Part shown: positions 1 through 12,734 of the stretch, in pieces | Position numbering within the stretch: position 1 is the stretch's first letter | How the letters are laid out: every line of letters begins with the position of its first letter | DNA from: Blasia pusilla | Taxonomy: Eukaryota | Assembly: GCA_050084515.1 (NCBI GenBank) | Contig: CM114271.1 | Coordinates: 45,756,001-45,820,000, forward strand | DNA: 64,000 bases | Direction: 5' to 3' | Notes under the pieces: model-generated | Databases searched by the model: none | What the model saw: only the letters and a program-made list of their open reading frames with translations | What the model was told of the DNA's origin: nothing | Program-made: the position numbers and the translations under genes

Positions 1-2064
1 GAATGCCGCTTTCCCCAACATTAGGGGTTGCGCTCTTGAATCCAACAAGAAGCGTTGCAAACCAAAAGCTCTATCTCGTGGACTCACGAACTAGAAGACC
101 TCTCCCCAACTTTACAGCAAAAAAAAACCAAGAGAAGCCATGGCACTCTCTATCATGGGTCTAGCGGGCATCTCTGCCATCCTTGCAGCCGCAGCCTACC
201 ATGAATCTGACATGGATGGCCCAAGCATCAGCTCCAAGGGCAGGTCCAAGACCTCCTCTATAATCACCTCTAAACGTGATGCAGAACTCCAACTCCATGC
301 TCACATCGCGTAGCAGCCAGCCGGAAAACCTTGACAGGCATACCTCCCAACGTCTTTACACTGGAAGCAAAAAGCAAAGGAGCGCGGTCCACAATACTGG
401 CCACTCCTAACAACATGCTCGACACATGCTCCTCCTGAGCATCACCAATAGGAGTCGTTGCACTCCCTTCTCCCATTGCCCTACATGCCTGCACACCAAC
501 AACATCACCAACTCTCCGAGAACTCTGATCAGGACCCATCGATGGGGTCCTCATCGCCTCGGACAACGTGAAGGACTGAGGAAGCCTCGTCTATTTCCTG
601 GCTTCCCTTCGCTATGGTCCAACTCTGCGCTGCTCCACAAGTAATAATTGCATCGGCCTCCATGTGGGCAACCTCGCACATCCAACCAGGATCCTCCACA
701 TCTCTCGCGGCTCCACAAGACGTCGATGCCATAGATTTGGCATCGGGTAACCTCAATGCCATAGCATCAATATCTTTCTTGAGATTTGTTTTATCGAGCA
801 ACCATCCCGACCACATGCCTGGAATCCTCGACGCATCTAGGTGGTTGGACTCTACCTCCTCCATGGGCAACTCCACCATCCCCTTGGATGAATCCAACAC
901 CTCGTCCCCCAATGGGACCACCTAGTGCACGACCTCTGGGCCCACCCTGACCGGGAACTCACTATGGTGCCCTTTCAGGCCCTCGATCTAGACGTAACTC
1001 AAGGTGCAAGCTGAAACACCTAGAGCATGTGTGATCGTACCTCGATAATAGTCACATTGATAACCTTATTATGCAAAGACCATCTCCTCCTCTATCCGAG
1101 GCACGCAACCATGACCCTCACGAGTGCACTCATGATGATGATGGGCTCCACCACATGACCAACAAATAATTGTAAGCGGCTGCTGTTAAGCCGCATATGA
1201 AGGTGCAGGTCTCTGTGGCATGGCCTCCCGATATCCTCCCCGATCTCCCTCGCACACGTGTCCACAGGGTTTGGTCCAACTTTGCGTACCATGACTGGAT
1301 AGCTTGAGCCTCTATCACCCCTTAGTGAAGTTAATCAACCAATGCAAGTGGGTGTAGGCCTCACGCAAACTCTCAGCCGGGCGCCTCTAGAAGTTGTGAA
1401 TGCTCCACAACTTCTTCGTCCGTACCCCGTGGTAGCTCGCCCTCAACTCAACGAAGAACTCAACCACGAGGTTGAACCAGGGACGAACTCGACCAGACGA
1501 TGCAAGTGCTCTAGTGCTAGTCAGCCATTGTACAACATCATTGGTGGAGGAACTCTCTCCTGACTCCTGCTCCTCACCTCGAAATGGCTCAATCCATGAC
1601 ACATAGTGTGGATCATAGTAGAGTCTCCATGCCTCAAGCTCATGGGCATATCTCTGCGAGAGCTTATGGTAGTCGTCCATGGGTGCCCCCTCTAAATGTT
1701 GGAACATTCGGTTCCATGCTGTAAATGGGTTGAACTCTCAGGAGTTCCTGGCCCATTGTGAGTCACACCAACTTCTAAACTCCTCAATGAAGTCGTGTAA
1801 CTCTATAGTGCCTATAGCACCCAAAAATCCACGCGGTCCTCTACCCCTCACTCAAGGAGTTATCCAAGAAAATTGGAAATTTCACTCACACCTTGGAACG
1901 GTGGCTATGGCAGCCCAACAAAAATGATCATAACTCCATGCTTCAATCTCCAAATCATGTATTTCTTCCATAACGTACACCACTTCCTGATCTACAACCT
2001 TATCAAATTGGTTCCACCATTTGATTTTCCACAAAAAATTGTCAAAAATTATCGTGTAGCCCAA
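1..2064 (-). pseudogene. Degenerate gag-like ORF, probably of the PHD-integrase gypsy family
   Basis: Fragmented minus-strand ORFs (IELHDFIEEFRSWCD..FNPFTAW..MFQHLEGAPMDDY) downstream of repeat A and leader Y once the 2232-3607 insertion is removed; gag identity is inferred from position. Confidence 0.45.
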
Positions 2065-2777
2065 CGTCTCTTCTCCTACACAAAAATTGGTAGCGATTCC
2101 ACCCTGATTTCTTCCAACAAAAATGTAAAACCTATGAAACTACAAATCAACAAGCTACATAGTGCTCTTGAGAGCATCGACATGGGAAAACCTGCCCCCA
2201 TATTCAATCTTTATTAAAAATTGGGCAACGCTGTCGTATAGTACAATGAGCGATTTTGTAAGCTCGTTCCTCATTAAGTGTTAGATAGAGTTTTATTAGT
2301 ATTATATAAATTAGACTATGAAAGGAAATTCTCATGTTTAAACCTCTTTATGGTGCCTCTTTTATGTAGGCCCAACTTTAGGAAAAGAGGTAATAAATAA
2401 AAGATGACTTTATAAAAGAAAAAGTAGTCTTGGTTGGTGGCTAGGTTAGTTGGGATAATTTAAAAAATATCAAGTGTGTAAAAGAGGATATTTTGGAAGA
2501 GATAAGAGGAAATCTACTTGTGTCAAAATGTGATCGGCTAAACTTTGAAAGGTAGCCATGTGGCACAAGATAAGATTAGCTCTATTTCGTACTCGTGTGG
2601 ATCCCTTGTGAGTATATAAAGAGGAGGGACTTTCAAGGGTTCATCACCTTCTATTTCACATCTTGAGTCTCTTGAGTGTATGGATTTGGGATTGCTCGCT
2701 CTTCCAATGAGAGTGGATCACCCCTCTTGGGAGAGTAACTTGACCATGGTCTATTGTTCGAGAGGTTTCTAAAATAT

Positions 2778-2801
2778 TGTGTGTGTGTGTGTGTGTGTGT
2801 G
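2778..2801. repeat. (TG)n microsatellite inside the L1 LTR
   Basis: Directly visible TG run. Confidence 0.9.
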
Positions 2802-2955
2802 GAGATGAGAGGCTTGCCACCTTAGAGGATTTTAGTCATACTAAAATAGTGAATTTTTTGGCTTCTTATTTTCCCAATGAGAATGGATTATCCCTCTTAG
2901 AAGAATAATTCCGCCAAAGCCCATTCTTGAGGAGAGTAGAGAATGTCTATCAAGC

Positions 2956-3381
2956 ATGGATAGGGATGGAACACGAGTTCTTCCTGACTTTCCTTTCCTA
3001 AATCCTTACCATGTCAAGATATTCTTTGAAGATAGGCACTGGTTCACACGTTATTTAGTTTATCACTTTGGAGAGGTGTTCATGAACCAGGACATGCAAT
3101 ATCCAACTCCGGTGATTCTTCCTATCGTCACATATGGAAGGACATGGGATTGTACTTTGTATGTCCTTATATAGCGATCCATGGACGTCAATAGGCCTGC
3201 ACAAGTAGGGCTTAACACTAATTGTGCTATCTTCCTCGTGTACAAGCGTAAAGTAGTTTATAGGGATTTTATTGTTAGGAATTTCGGGGTCCGATGTTAC
3301 GAAGAAGTGATCGCCTCGGCGCTTCCATTTGTGATACCTGTCATGAGAGAATGGAGAGTATACATAATAATTTTGTATTGA
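2956..3381 (+). pseudogene. LTR-embedded ORF of unknown function (~140 codons, internal TAG at 3172-3174)
   Basis: In-frame ORFs 2956-3174 and 3181-3381; homologue at 7608-8032 differs mostly at third codon positions. Confidence 0.5.
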
Positions 3382-3479
3382 AAAAGGAGAACCTCTTAGA
3401 GAGTTCATCTTGCATCGATCACGTCTGCTACAGCTAGAAGGTCCGCCCTTACTCGAAGAAAGGCTCTCCACACGACAAA

Positions 3480-3497
3480 TGGTGCTTCCACTGAGAG
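3480..3497 (+). promoter_or_regulatory. Primer binding site, tRNA-Thr(AGU)-like
   Basis: TGGTGCTTCCACTGAGAG 2 nt after the LTR CA; two mismatches to the recalled plant tRNA-Thr(AGU) complement TGGTGCTTTCATTGAGAG; variant copy at 8131-8148. Confidence 0.7.
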
Positions 3498-3607
3498 ATC
3501 TTTGATGCGATAGACTGTTTTTGCAAGTTGGAGTCTTATCAAGATGACTACTTCTGATAGTACTTCAAAGGTCCGCCCTTCCTCGAAGAAAGGTTCTCGA
3601 CACGACA

Positions 3608-4297
3608 ACGCTTCCGCGTGCCACTCTTCCACACGAAAAATCGGCAAAGGAAACATCAAAAGTAAGCAGCTCTTGCTTTGGTGAGCTCTTTCATGAACCG
3701 CTGAATAGGGAATAAAATCCCTAACCTGCAAATCAAAACCAGCGAGCTTCCCCATGAAGCTCTCTCACTCATTAATTTCTCTTTTTGTAAATCAAGTAAT
3801 TAAATCCAATCTCTCTCACCACCATAGCTCTCAAATGTGTGCACTTTCTCTCAATGTCAAACCAAGTCCACTCTCCTAATGAGAGGCTTTGGTTGCACTC
3901 ACAAGGCAAGGGACCAAAGGTCCGCCGCCTCATGCCAAGAGGTTCAACAAAAAGAGAATAAGCTCTTAAGCTCTCTCTCCTTGAGGTATACTACCTTCCC
4001 TCTCCCAAACTCTCTCTTCGATAACTATGCTCGTAGGTCACCTGCTTTGCTCTTAACCTGTTGTAGCGGGTCAAGGGCCACTTCCCAAAGTAGAAAGTAA
4101 ACTCTACCAAACATTGAAACTTACCCAAAATAGTAAATTTCTCTATATGGCTCCAAATGAGTCGAAACGAAGGAGAAACCTACTCTCTCAAGTTTCCTAC
4201 GACCTTAGCACGTCATCCTCGACCACCTAAGTCTGGCCTCTTCTACTCGCAAGCCGCTCTACGAGATCTCTCTGACCTATCCTAAAAAGTTGTGACA
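3608..4297 (-). mobile_element. 5' end of PHD-gypsy element: terminal repeat A (starts TGTCAC at 4297) plus leader Y
   Basis: Colinear with 45392-47148; A also at 15075-16132 and 28405-28887. Confidence 0.75.
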
Positions 4298-4355
4298 CAT
4301 TCTTTAAGTGAGTCATTTAGAGTCTAGTCATAAAAACCACCTATTTCTTTTAGTG
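4298..4355 (-). mobile_element. CACTA transposon end fragment
   Basis: Minus strand starts CACTAAAAGAAA at 4355; TGACT motifs resemble 9310-9460. Confidence 0.55.
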
Positions 4356-5575
4356 TCGTCGATCTATCCTAACAAACGTGACAATTTTCGTGCGCATACA
4401 CATTGCTATACAACATACATCATTGTCACCAAACATACACACAAACATACATAATCTCATGCTAACTCATAGAATTCACACAACAAAATGAGAAGTACCA
4501 AAATATCTCCAATCGCCCCCTTAGCTAGTGGTTAGATCCCTCTAACTCGAGATAGCCACCTATCCCTACCTACCATGATATACATCTCTCGGACGCTAAG
4601 AGCAAAAGATCGGATGCTCATGTGGCCCCATCATTAGTTGCCTTCATGTCATCCATGTCACAAACACAAGTTGGAATCTAGAACTACCTACTTTATGTAC
4701 ATCTCAGGCACATCCATCATTCCCTAAGAATCTTAGTGAGAGGTGACGTCAAACATGCCATATGTCATCTTGTTGAACATCCATCATACACTAGCATAGT
4801 GGCTGCACTACAGGCGGAACCACACAACATATATGGCAAGCATGCAAGAACTACTGCTAAGCTTGGATCAACTTTACCATCAATGTTAGGAAGGTGACAT
4901 GGCGCACAATTACACACATGATCCTTCCAAACCATACCATCACATCCCTCCAATAAGAGAACACTAGATGGAAAAATCTCACGCACTCTCAAGATGGATG
5001 TAAGTGCGCCCTAAACTTACATCCAATGTCATGGATACCGTCTGCTGCAAGTAGACATAGTCTCCCTGATGAAACCTCCGGATAGTTGGTCGATAATCAA
5101 CTCCCGAATAGTCACATACCTCAACGTATCCCCATGTTACGTAATCGCCACGTTCTCAAACGCCATGGGCATCACTCTCCAAAATAACTAAGCCCCCTGA
5201 GAACATGCTCACATCCATATATCAGGGTCATCAAGATTCAACACCTCACCAACATCTCGACAAATGGCTATAGGTAAATCCAACTCTCGGCCGTAAAGGA
5301 GCAAATACGATGAGAAAGACACTAAGGATGCTTGCTTGTTGAATTTGTATCTAATCGCCAACCACGGCAACTAGAGGTCCCAATCTCTTAGGTGATCTGC
5401 TTGCAAGCCATACTTGCGTAATCCTCTCTTCACCGTTTGCACAATCCTCTCCGGTAGTCCATATGCCTTAGGATGATCTCGAAAAGTGATGCAATGTTCG
5501 ATCATCACTTGATCACACAAGGCCACGAAACTCCTCGCAAAACTCTGTACCTTTATCTCATCAACACTCCGCCGA
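4356..5575 (-). mobile_element. 3' part of Ty3/gypsy element: integrase core, C-terminal PHD finger, purine tract, repeat X, start of repeat A
   Basis: Integrase GLPERIVQTVKRGLRKY..YLLLYGRELDLP; PHD remnant MLCG..DGC..HMACL..WMCLRC ending 4693; AAGGGGGCGA at 4522-4513; X 4512-4386. Confidence 0.85.
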
Positions 5576-5629
5576 TCTTATTTGTAATGATTTAGCATTC
5601 AATCTAGGAAGGCATACTTGCCACCAATA

Positions 5630-7250
5630 TCTGTATTTGGAGCAAGTTGTATGACCACTTTGAATACTTAGTCATGCCATTTGATCTTACTAATGCACCT
5701 GCAATCTTTATGGGCCTAATGAATGATATCTTTTGTCCATATTTAGACAAATTAATAACATATCTAAAGTGGACATTCACTCTAGTTGGTGGAAAAAGTT
5801 ATCCAAAGCCACAAATGAGGATGAAGAAATTGCAGTTGCTATTCATGCCAACAAAGTATACAAGGCTCAAGGATTGGTTTTCCATAAAGATAAAGTATGG
5901 ATCCCACAAGATTCACAATTACGCATTGAAGTATTTTCTGAAGCTTATGACACAGTCATTGCAGATTAGATGGGAGCTGAAAAAGCCTTAGAGGGATTAC
6001 AACGGGCATACTATTGGCCCAAAATGAGAAAAGATGTTGACGTATATGTAAGGAGTTATAGGATTTGTTAACAAATCAAGGCTAGAAACACAGAATCCGT
6101 TAGATTGTTGTAGCCCATCCCAATACCTCAAAAACATTGGGAACAAATCACTATTGATCTTGTTTGTGAGCTACCATGTACGATCACGGGATATGACTCT
6201 ATTGTGGTCTTTGTGGATAGACTAAGCAAGATGATACACCTTCGTCCGACCAAGAAGACTGTGATTGCACCAGAGTTGGCTAGGATCTACATCGAGACAG
6301 TCTTTGTCCATCATGGTCTTCCTAAAGTGCTTATCACTAATAGGGGAACCCATTTCACGAGTTTATTTTGGAAAGCTTTATTTGGATTGCTCCAAACTAA
6401 ACTAGCCATGTGTACGGCTTATCACCCTCAAACTGATGGACAAACTGAAAGGGCCAACCGTACCATTGAGGATATGCTACGCGCCTTAATATTGGAGGAT
6501 CAACAAGGATGGGACTCATTTTTACCCTTAGTAGAGTTCTCATACAATATCTCCATGAACTCTTCTACTAAGGCCACACCGTTCTTTTAAATGCATGGCA
6601 AGTATTCCTCAATTCCTTCTAGTCTCACTTGAATAGGGAGAAGTCTGAGGGAACCTACAAAAGTAGCTGCAATTAATGAGTTTGTGGACCAAATTCAGAA
6701 AGGGGTTCAACTTGCTAAGGAGAGGTTGGCTATTTCCCAAAATTCACATAAACAACATGCAGATGCTTATCGTCGAGATGTTGAGTTTTTTGAAGGGGAC
6801 AAGGTTTGGTTAGCAACAACCAATTTATCATTAGTAGGAGTTCGTAAGCTTAATCCTCGCTATATTGGGCCTTTCACTATCCTACAAAAAGTAGGCGCCA
6901 TGGCGTATAAGCTAGACCTACCGATGTATATGAAAATCCATCATGTGTTTCATGTCTCTCTCTTCTTTGACCGTTTATTCCACGCCCTAAGAGATTTAAG
7001 GATAATATTGTCACTCCACCACTATCTCAAATAGTTGGAGATCATGAAGAATTTGAAGTGGAACGTATCTTGGAGAAACGCACTCGAGAAGCTCATCACC
7101 AACGAGTTGAATATTTGGTCCAATGGAAAGGATATCCACTATTTGAGGCCACATGGGAACCCTCAGCCAACTTGGCCAACGCACCATTAATAGTACAACA
7201 ATTTGAAAGTTCTCACAACAAGGACATTGTGTCTTAAATGGGGGGAGGTT
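5630..7250 (+). mobile_element. Chromovirus-type Ty3/gypsy pol remnant (RT fragment, integrase, chromodomain, PPT)
   Basis: [51 protein letters not shown]; chromodomain EFEVERIL..YLVQWKGYP..EATWEP at ~7045-7205; GGGGGGAGG then TG at 7251; large deletion between RT and INT. Confidence 0.9.
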
Positions 7251-9309
7251 TGTAGCCACCCTTTGTTAGTAATAGTTAAGTTAGAATCTATGACATGAAG
7301 CGCATAAGTGGAAAAGAATCAACCAAAAAGAGAAAAAGATAAGATACATGATATAAAGATGAGAGGGGCCATAGGTTGGTGAAAAGGAAGACAAGGATGA
7401 GGTTGAGGAAAATGAGGTTGGGACATTAGACTCTAAAGGAGATCCTCTCATGCTATGAGAGTAGGACACGTGGCATAAAGATAGGTAGAGCTAATTTGTC
7501 TTCATTGTACCTATCTCTAAGTATATAAAGGAAGAGGAGAGGCCTTGAGGGATATTCTACCTTTGAGCAACTCTAGAGTGGTTCCAGTTAGAGGATGTTT
7601 GTCAAGTATGGATAGGGGTGGACCACGAGTTTTGCCGGATTTTCTTTTCCTTAACCCGTAGCACATCAAGATTCTCTTTGTAGATAGGTACTGGTTCACT
7701 TGCTATCTAGTTTATCACTTTGGGGACTAGTCATGAACCAAGTCATGCAATCTCGAACTCTGATGATCCTTCCTATAGTCACGTACGGAAGGACATGGGA
7801 TTACACTTTGTATGTCCTTATATAGCTATCCATGGACATCAATAGGCCTGCTCAAGTAGGGTTTAACACTAGTTGTGTGATTTTCTTTGTGTACAAACGT
7901 AAAGTAGTTTACAAGGACTTCATAGTTAGGAATTTCGGGGTTCCATGTTATGAAGAAGTGATCGCCTCGGCACTATCTTTCGTGATTCCTATCGTGAGAG
8001 AATGGATGGTTTACATAATAATTCTGTATTGAAAAAGGAGAAAGTCTTATAGAGTTCGACTTGCATCAACCACGTACGCTGCAACTAGAAGGTCCGTCCT
8101 TACTCGAAGAAAGACTCTTGACACGACAAATGGCACTTCCACTGAGAGATCTTTGAGGCGGTAGATTGTGTTTGCAAGTTGGAGCCTTGTCAATATGACT
8201 ACTTTTGGGAGAACTTCATCAATGGGAACTCAGGGAGCTGAGGAACTTCTCCGAACTTTGACAACATTGTTGAGCCAGCAAGGAGGAGTCCACATAGGAG
8301 AGCAAAAATCAACAAGGCCTCTCCAAGCGATTGTAAAGAAGTTGGGGTGATTTGATGGGAGGAACATCACCAAGTATGTTCGAGAGTATGTGTGTGAGAA
8401 GGAGGTAAACCCTGTACCCGAAGCTGATATGGTGTCAAGTTTTGAGTTAGATGTAATACCAGAGATCCGTAGTCAAGTAAAGAAGTTGAGAGCATAAAAT
8501 CCAACCTCATGGGAGGAGTATGAGCAGTTGCTGAAAGGAGAATTCTTTGATGATGATGTGGATCAGGAGACTAAGAGGAGTTTTCTAGAATGGATAGAGC
8601 AACGTCCAGGGAAGGGAATGACTCCAAATGAATTGTTGCGTGAGTTTGAGAAGCGGTTTTTTAACTTTCTTCTTCCAAAAGGGCAACTCTAGACTTGAGG
8701 AAAATAGAGTTATTCCTTGAGGCGGCTGATGAGAATTTGGAGGATAAGCTTTTCATAATGTTGGCGGACAAGAACAAAGAAGGAGGTGTTAGCACTAATT
8801 GGAAGAAAGTGGAAGAAGCTGTTGCTATTCTCACAAAGCAAAGTCGAAGTAGAGGTAGAACCACACTATTCAAGTTGGAGGTATCAATTTCAAATCCATT
8901 GCCTAAGCCCATGTCTGCAAAGCTTGAAGATTGTGCCATTGATGAGTTGGTGAAAGGTTTGAGAGAGTTGAGAGTAGAAATGGGTGAGCTTAAACTTGAT
9001 AGGAATCCTAGTGTTGGTGCTCCTTCGACAAATAGGAACTTTGTGAGAAGATGTATATGGTGTGATAGTGTTGAGCATCAACGTCGAGAATGTGAAGAGT
9101 TTTTAGAAGCTCTTAGGAATGGAATAGTAAACTTCAAAGATGGGAAGATTCATTCAACGCAGACTCGTATGCCGTTGAATACCAACTTTGGTAGAGGAGG
9201 AATGAAAGGCTTAGTGAGAAGTCAAGTAGGAGTTTCCACTACGACATTAGATTCTGATAACTTTGTAGTAAAAATAGAAGCACCTATTGTATTTGTAGCT
9301 AAAAGTGAA
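7251..9309 (+). mobile_element. Second L1-family copy: LTR (ends 8128), PBS 8131-8148, degenerate gag from 8222
   Basis: LTR homologous to 2290-3477; gag MGTQGAEELL..FDGRNITKY; zinc knuckle CIWCDSVEHQRREC; truncated at a CACTA end; left boundary uncertain. Confidence 0.8.
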
Positions 9310-9470
9310 CACTAGTAGAAAAGGGGCTAGTTTAAACCGAGGTGTTAGTGACTCATGTTACTAAGAGTCATTTGAACTACTCCTAGTTACTCTAAAACAC
9401 GTCAATTGACTCATGAATGACTCACATCCTCGAGTCACATTTAATGACTAGGTTAAACTCATAGAGGAGG
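9310..9470 (+). mobile_element. CACTA terminal inverted repeat and subterminal motifs
   Basis: CACTAGTAGAAAA exactly where the gag ORF ends; repeated TGACTC/GAGTCA motifs; partner end not found. Confidence 0.65.
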
Positions 9471-10244
9471 GAAGAGTTTTTTTTTCTTAGAGATGTTGGG
9501 CAATATTTTGTGAATTTCTTTATTATTATGAACGATGATAAGCCCTCTTTGAGACTATTAGGAAGCCATTATAAGGTTGGTTGATATGGAATATATAAAA
9601 GGGGTGCTAGTAGGTCTTGCCAAAGAAGACTAAAATGAACTAAGGTTTAGAAAGTTGAGATCATTTGATAACAGGAAAATACAAGGAAAACAAGTTAACC
9701 CTAAGTAGCTAAAGACCTACTTTAGCTACTCCGGCGCTTTGTTGAATCACGTTGTCGTCCAAGGCGAAAATACAAGGAACGCGCCTTTTCTCTTTTGCGC
9801 GGTCTCTCATGCTCTTTCAATTCCTTTTGTTTTGTCATGGTAGACATTGTTCTGGTCCGAGTTTGCTATTACACTTTTGACACTCTCGGGACTTCTACGC
9901 GAGAAAGAAGGAAGAAGGCTTGAAGGCTTGAATAGCTCGAGTGTGGAAGTCGCGTGATTTCTGCCTTACAATGGTGGAAAATCGCTTTTTCCAGCTCCAC
10001 CTTCATGAAAGGTTCAGATAAGGCCTTGGATTGCACACACTGGCAGAGAGAGTGCACAAACCCGATCACGTACAGATTTCACGAAGCCGGGTTGCGTATT
10101 TCTTGTCTCTCTTTCTCGTTTCGGCCAAATCCACTTGGTTCTTGGAATCACTTGTTCCAAAATCTGTCCAAGTAGTTTGATGTCATACATTACAACTCAA
10201 GAGACATATCCTGTCAATTTCTTGGCCTACTTGAACAACTGCAC

Positions 10245-10352
10245 TTGTTTGATGACGAGCATCTAGTGCGCCTAAATCTTATCACCCAACTTGAAATGTT
10301 GCACTTCTTTGATGTCCAACATCTAATGCGCCTAAATCTTTCCACCCAACTT
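10245..10352. repeat. 60-bp diverged tandem duplication
   Basis: CATCTA.TGCGCCTAAATCTT..CACCCAACTTGA at 10260 and 10320. Confidence 0.75.
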
Positions 10353-10649
10353 GATTTCCAACATCAGATGACTCAACCATGGGAGTTATTTCTTGTTGCC
10401 CCAACTCTAAGGTTTGACAATCTCTCTGGAGAATGGGACCAAGGTCCTTGAAAGTAGTCGCATGATAATTGTCATAAAACCCTCGATATGCTATGGTTTT
10501 CCCTACTTTAAAATTGGTAGATTTGCAAAAACATTTATTAGTAGCAGTGGTACTATTTACTCCCGTGCATCTCTCTGCGTTCAATCCTACTTAATGGTGA
10601 TAGTATTACCCCAAAACTCATCCCAGCTCACATGCTTCCCAAAGTTGTA

Positions 10650-12715
10650 TAAGAGTCTCTGAGAGTCTCACTTAAAAATTTTCGTAACCAAGTTGCCTCT
10701 CTGAGAGCTCTAGTTAGAGCCATGTACTCTACTTCAGTAGTGGATAGAGCAACAAATTTTTACTTCTTGCTTCCCCAGCATACAGTTGCGTGTCCTAACA
10801 AGAAACAAAAACCAGAGGTTGATGTTCGATCATCCTGATTACCTCCCCAATCAGCATCAGAGTAACCATACAATGGTTCTAGGTTGTTTTTCCTAGTGCA
10901 CACAAGTCCTAAGTTTGTTGTCCCTTTTAGATATCTAAAAATCCTTTTTAGAGCACCCCAATGGGCTCAACGTGGTTCAACCATATATCTAGAAATCATA
11001 CTCACAGCAAAAGAAATGCTAGGCTAGTACAAACCATTGCCCATATGAGACTACCTACTGCACGTTTATAAGGTATCTTTCTCATGAAGCTTCTTTCTTC
11101 TTCATTCCTCGGGGAATCCTTTCTTAATAGCTTCTTCCCTGATTCTACTAGTGTTTCTACAGGTTTGCGGTCTGACATTTTAAACTTTTCAAGTACATTG
11201 TTGACATACCTACTTTGAGATAGTCTAATCCATCCTTCCTTTTTGTTCCTAGTTACTTCCATTTGAAGGAAATGATGGATTTCTCCTAGATCTGTCATTC
11301 TAAACTCCTTTTTCATTGAGTCTTTGACAAATATTAGCAATGGTGTACAATTACTAATCAGTACAGCGTCATCTACGTATAGGGCAAATTCAACAAAATA
11401 TTCCTGATCATTCAGGATGTAAAAATTTGTGTCATTATCACATCTCCGAAATCCTATTTTGATCAGAAATCTATCCATCATTTGATACCACAATCTTGAT
11501 GACTATTTAAGTCCATAAATGGACTTGTGCAGCCTACAAACTTGATCTTGGCAAGTAGGATTTGATAGCCCCTCTGGCATCTCCATGTATACTTCCTCCT
11601 CAAGTATACCATTCAAAAATGTTGTCTTTACATCCATCTTATGTACTTCAAGATCAAACTATGTTGCCAGAGCAAGCATAACTCGGATTGAAGTTTTTTT
11701 TACTACAGATGAGAATGGCTCAGTGTAGTCCACACCATAAACTTGTGAGTAGCCTTTTGCTACCAATCTTGCTTTGTACCTTTCAATGCTCCCATGTGCC
11801 TTGTACTTTATTTTGAAAACCCATTTACATCCCACGGCCTTTCTACCTGGTGGGAGTGAAGTGAATGACCAAGTGTTATTCAACCTCATGGATTCAAGCT
11901 CTTATTCCATTGCATCCTTCCAAAGAACTGCTTGCTGCCCAGAGAGAGCTTCTTCATAGGTCTCGGGTTCTTCAATATTGTTATGCTTCTCTTGTTGACT
12001 CATTAACGCTTGAGTCAACTTCTCCTTATCTGGAGTCCTTGCGTGTGATTCTTGATGTGCTGCATCATATTTCTGCACTTGCCTTGAAACCCTTTCAGAT
12101 CTTCTTGGTCTAGCACTCGCTTGTGTTGGAGTTTTGTTGTTGGACTCTATTTGAACAATCTGTGGCTCCTTTTGAACTTGTTCTCATGCAACATCAAGAA
12201 AACCACTCTCTGTTGGAATCTCACTAGCACTCTTACTAGTACTTGGAGTGCTCATACGTGATGTTAGTACATCTTTTCCTTCAGTGGTAGTCAATGTTGG
12301 AGTTGGTAAGGCTCCCACTAAACTCGTTCCCCAAGACTCCAGGAACTCAAACAAGGAATGGTCCTCCTCTTTACGCAAACCAACAAATGCCACTTTTCCC
12401 TCTTGGAATTTTACATCCCTAGAAGTGGTGATGGTTTTGTCAAATTTCTTTTGCAACATGTATCCTTTTCTTTGCTCTTCATAACCAAGAAGAATACATT
12501 TAGTTTTATGATTTATGATTTTACATCTAGTTTTCTCCTCTGAGAAGAAGGAATTAGTGCAAAAGTCAGACACCAAAAATTCTATTGTGACTAAGATCTG
12601 GAGGCTCTCTGTACCAAACCTCATATGGTGTCTTAACACCCTCCAGAGCCTTTTTTGGTGATCTGTTCTGCAAATAGTTTGCTGTCACTATTGCTTCACC
12701 CCAAAAAGTTTTCGA
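10650..12715 (-). mobile_element. Degenerate Ty1/copia pol (integrase end, RT, RNase H)
   Basis: [60 protein letters not shown] order; stops and frameshifts. Confidence 0.92.
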
Positions 12716-12734
12716 GTGACAAGCCAATCTTCCG

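Larger units (their letters stand above)
2232..3607 (+). mobile_element. Internally deleted gypsy-type LTR element (family L1): LTR 2232-3477, PBS, short leader, last ~40 bp of 3' LTR
   Basis: Termini TGTCGT...ACGACA; 4-bp TSD ACGC at 2228-2231 and 3608-3611; TATATAAA near 2613; LTR end ~3438-3477 repeated at ~3568-3607; homologous to 7260-8218. Confidence 0.85.

Noticed and set aside
3055-3471. 138-aa minus-strand ORF in the L1 LTR
   Set aside because: Substitution bias between copies supports the plus frame, not this one
2200-4520. A single shared LTR between tandem PHD-gypsy elements
   Set aside because: A CACTA end at 4298-4355 separates two starts of repeat A; nested independent insertions fit better
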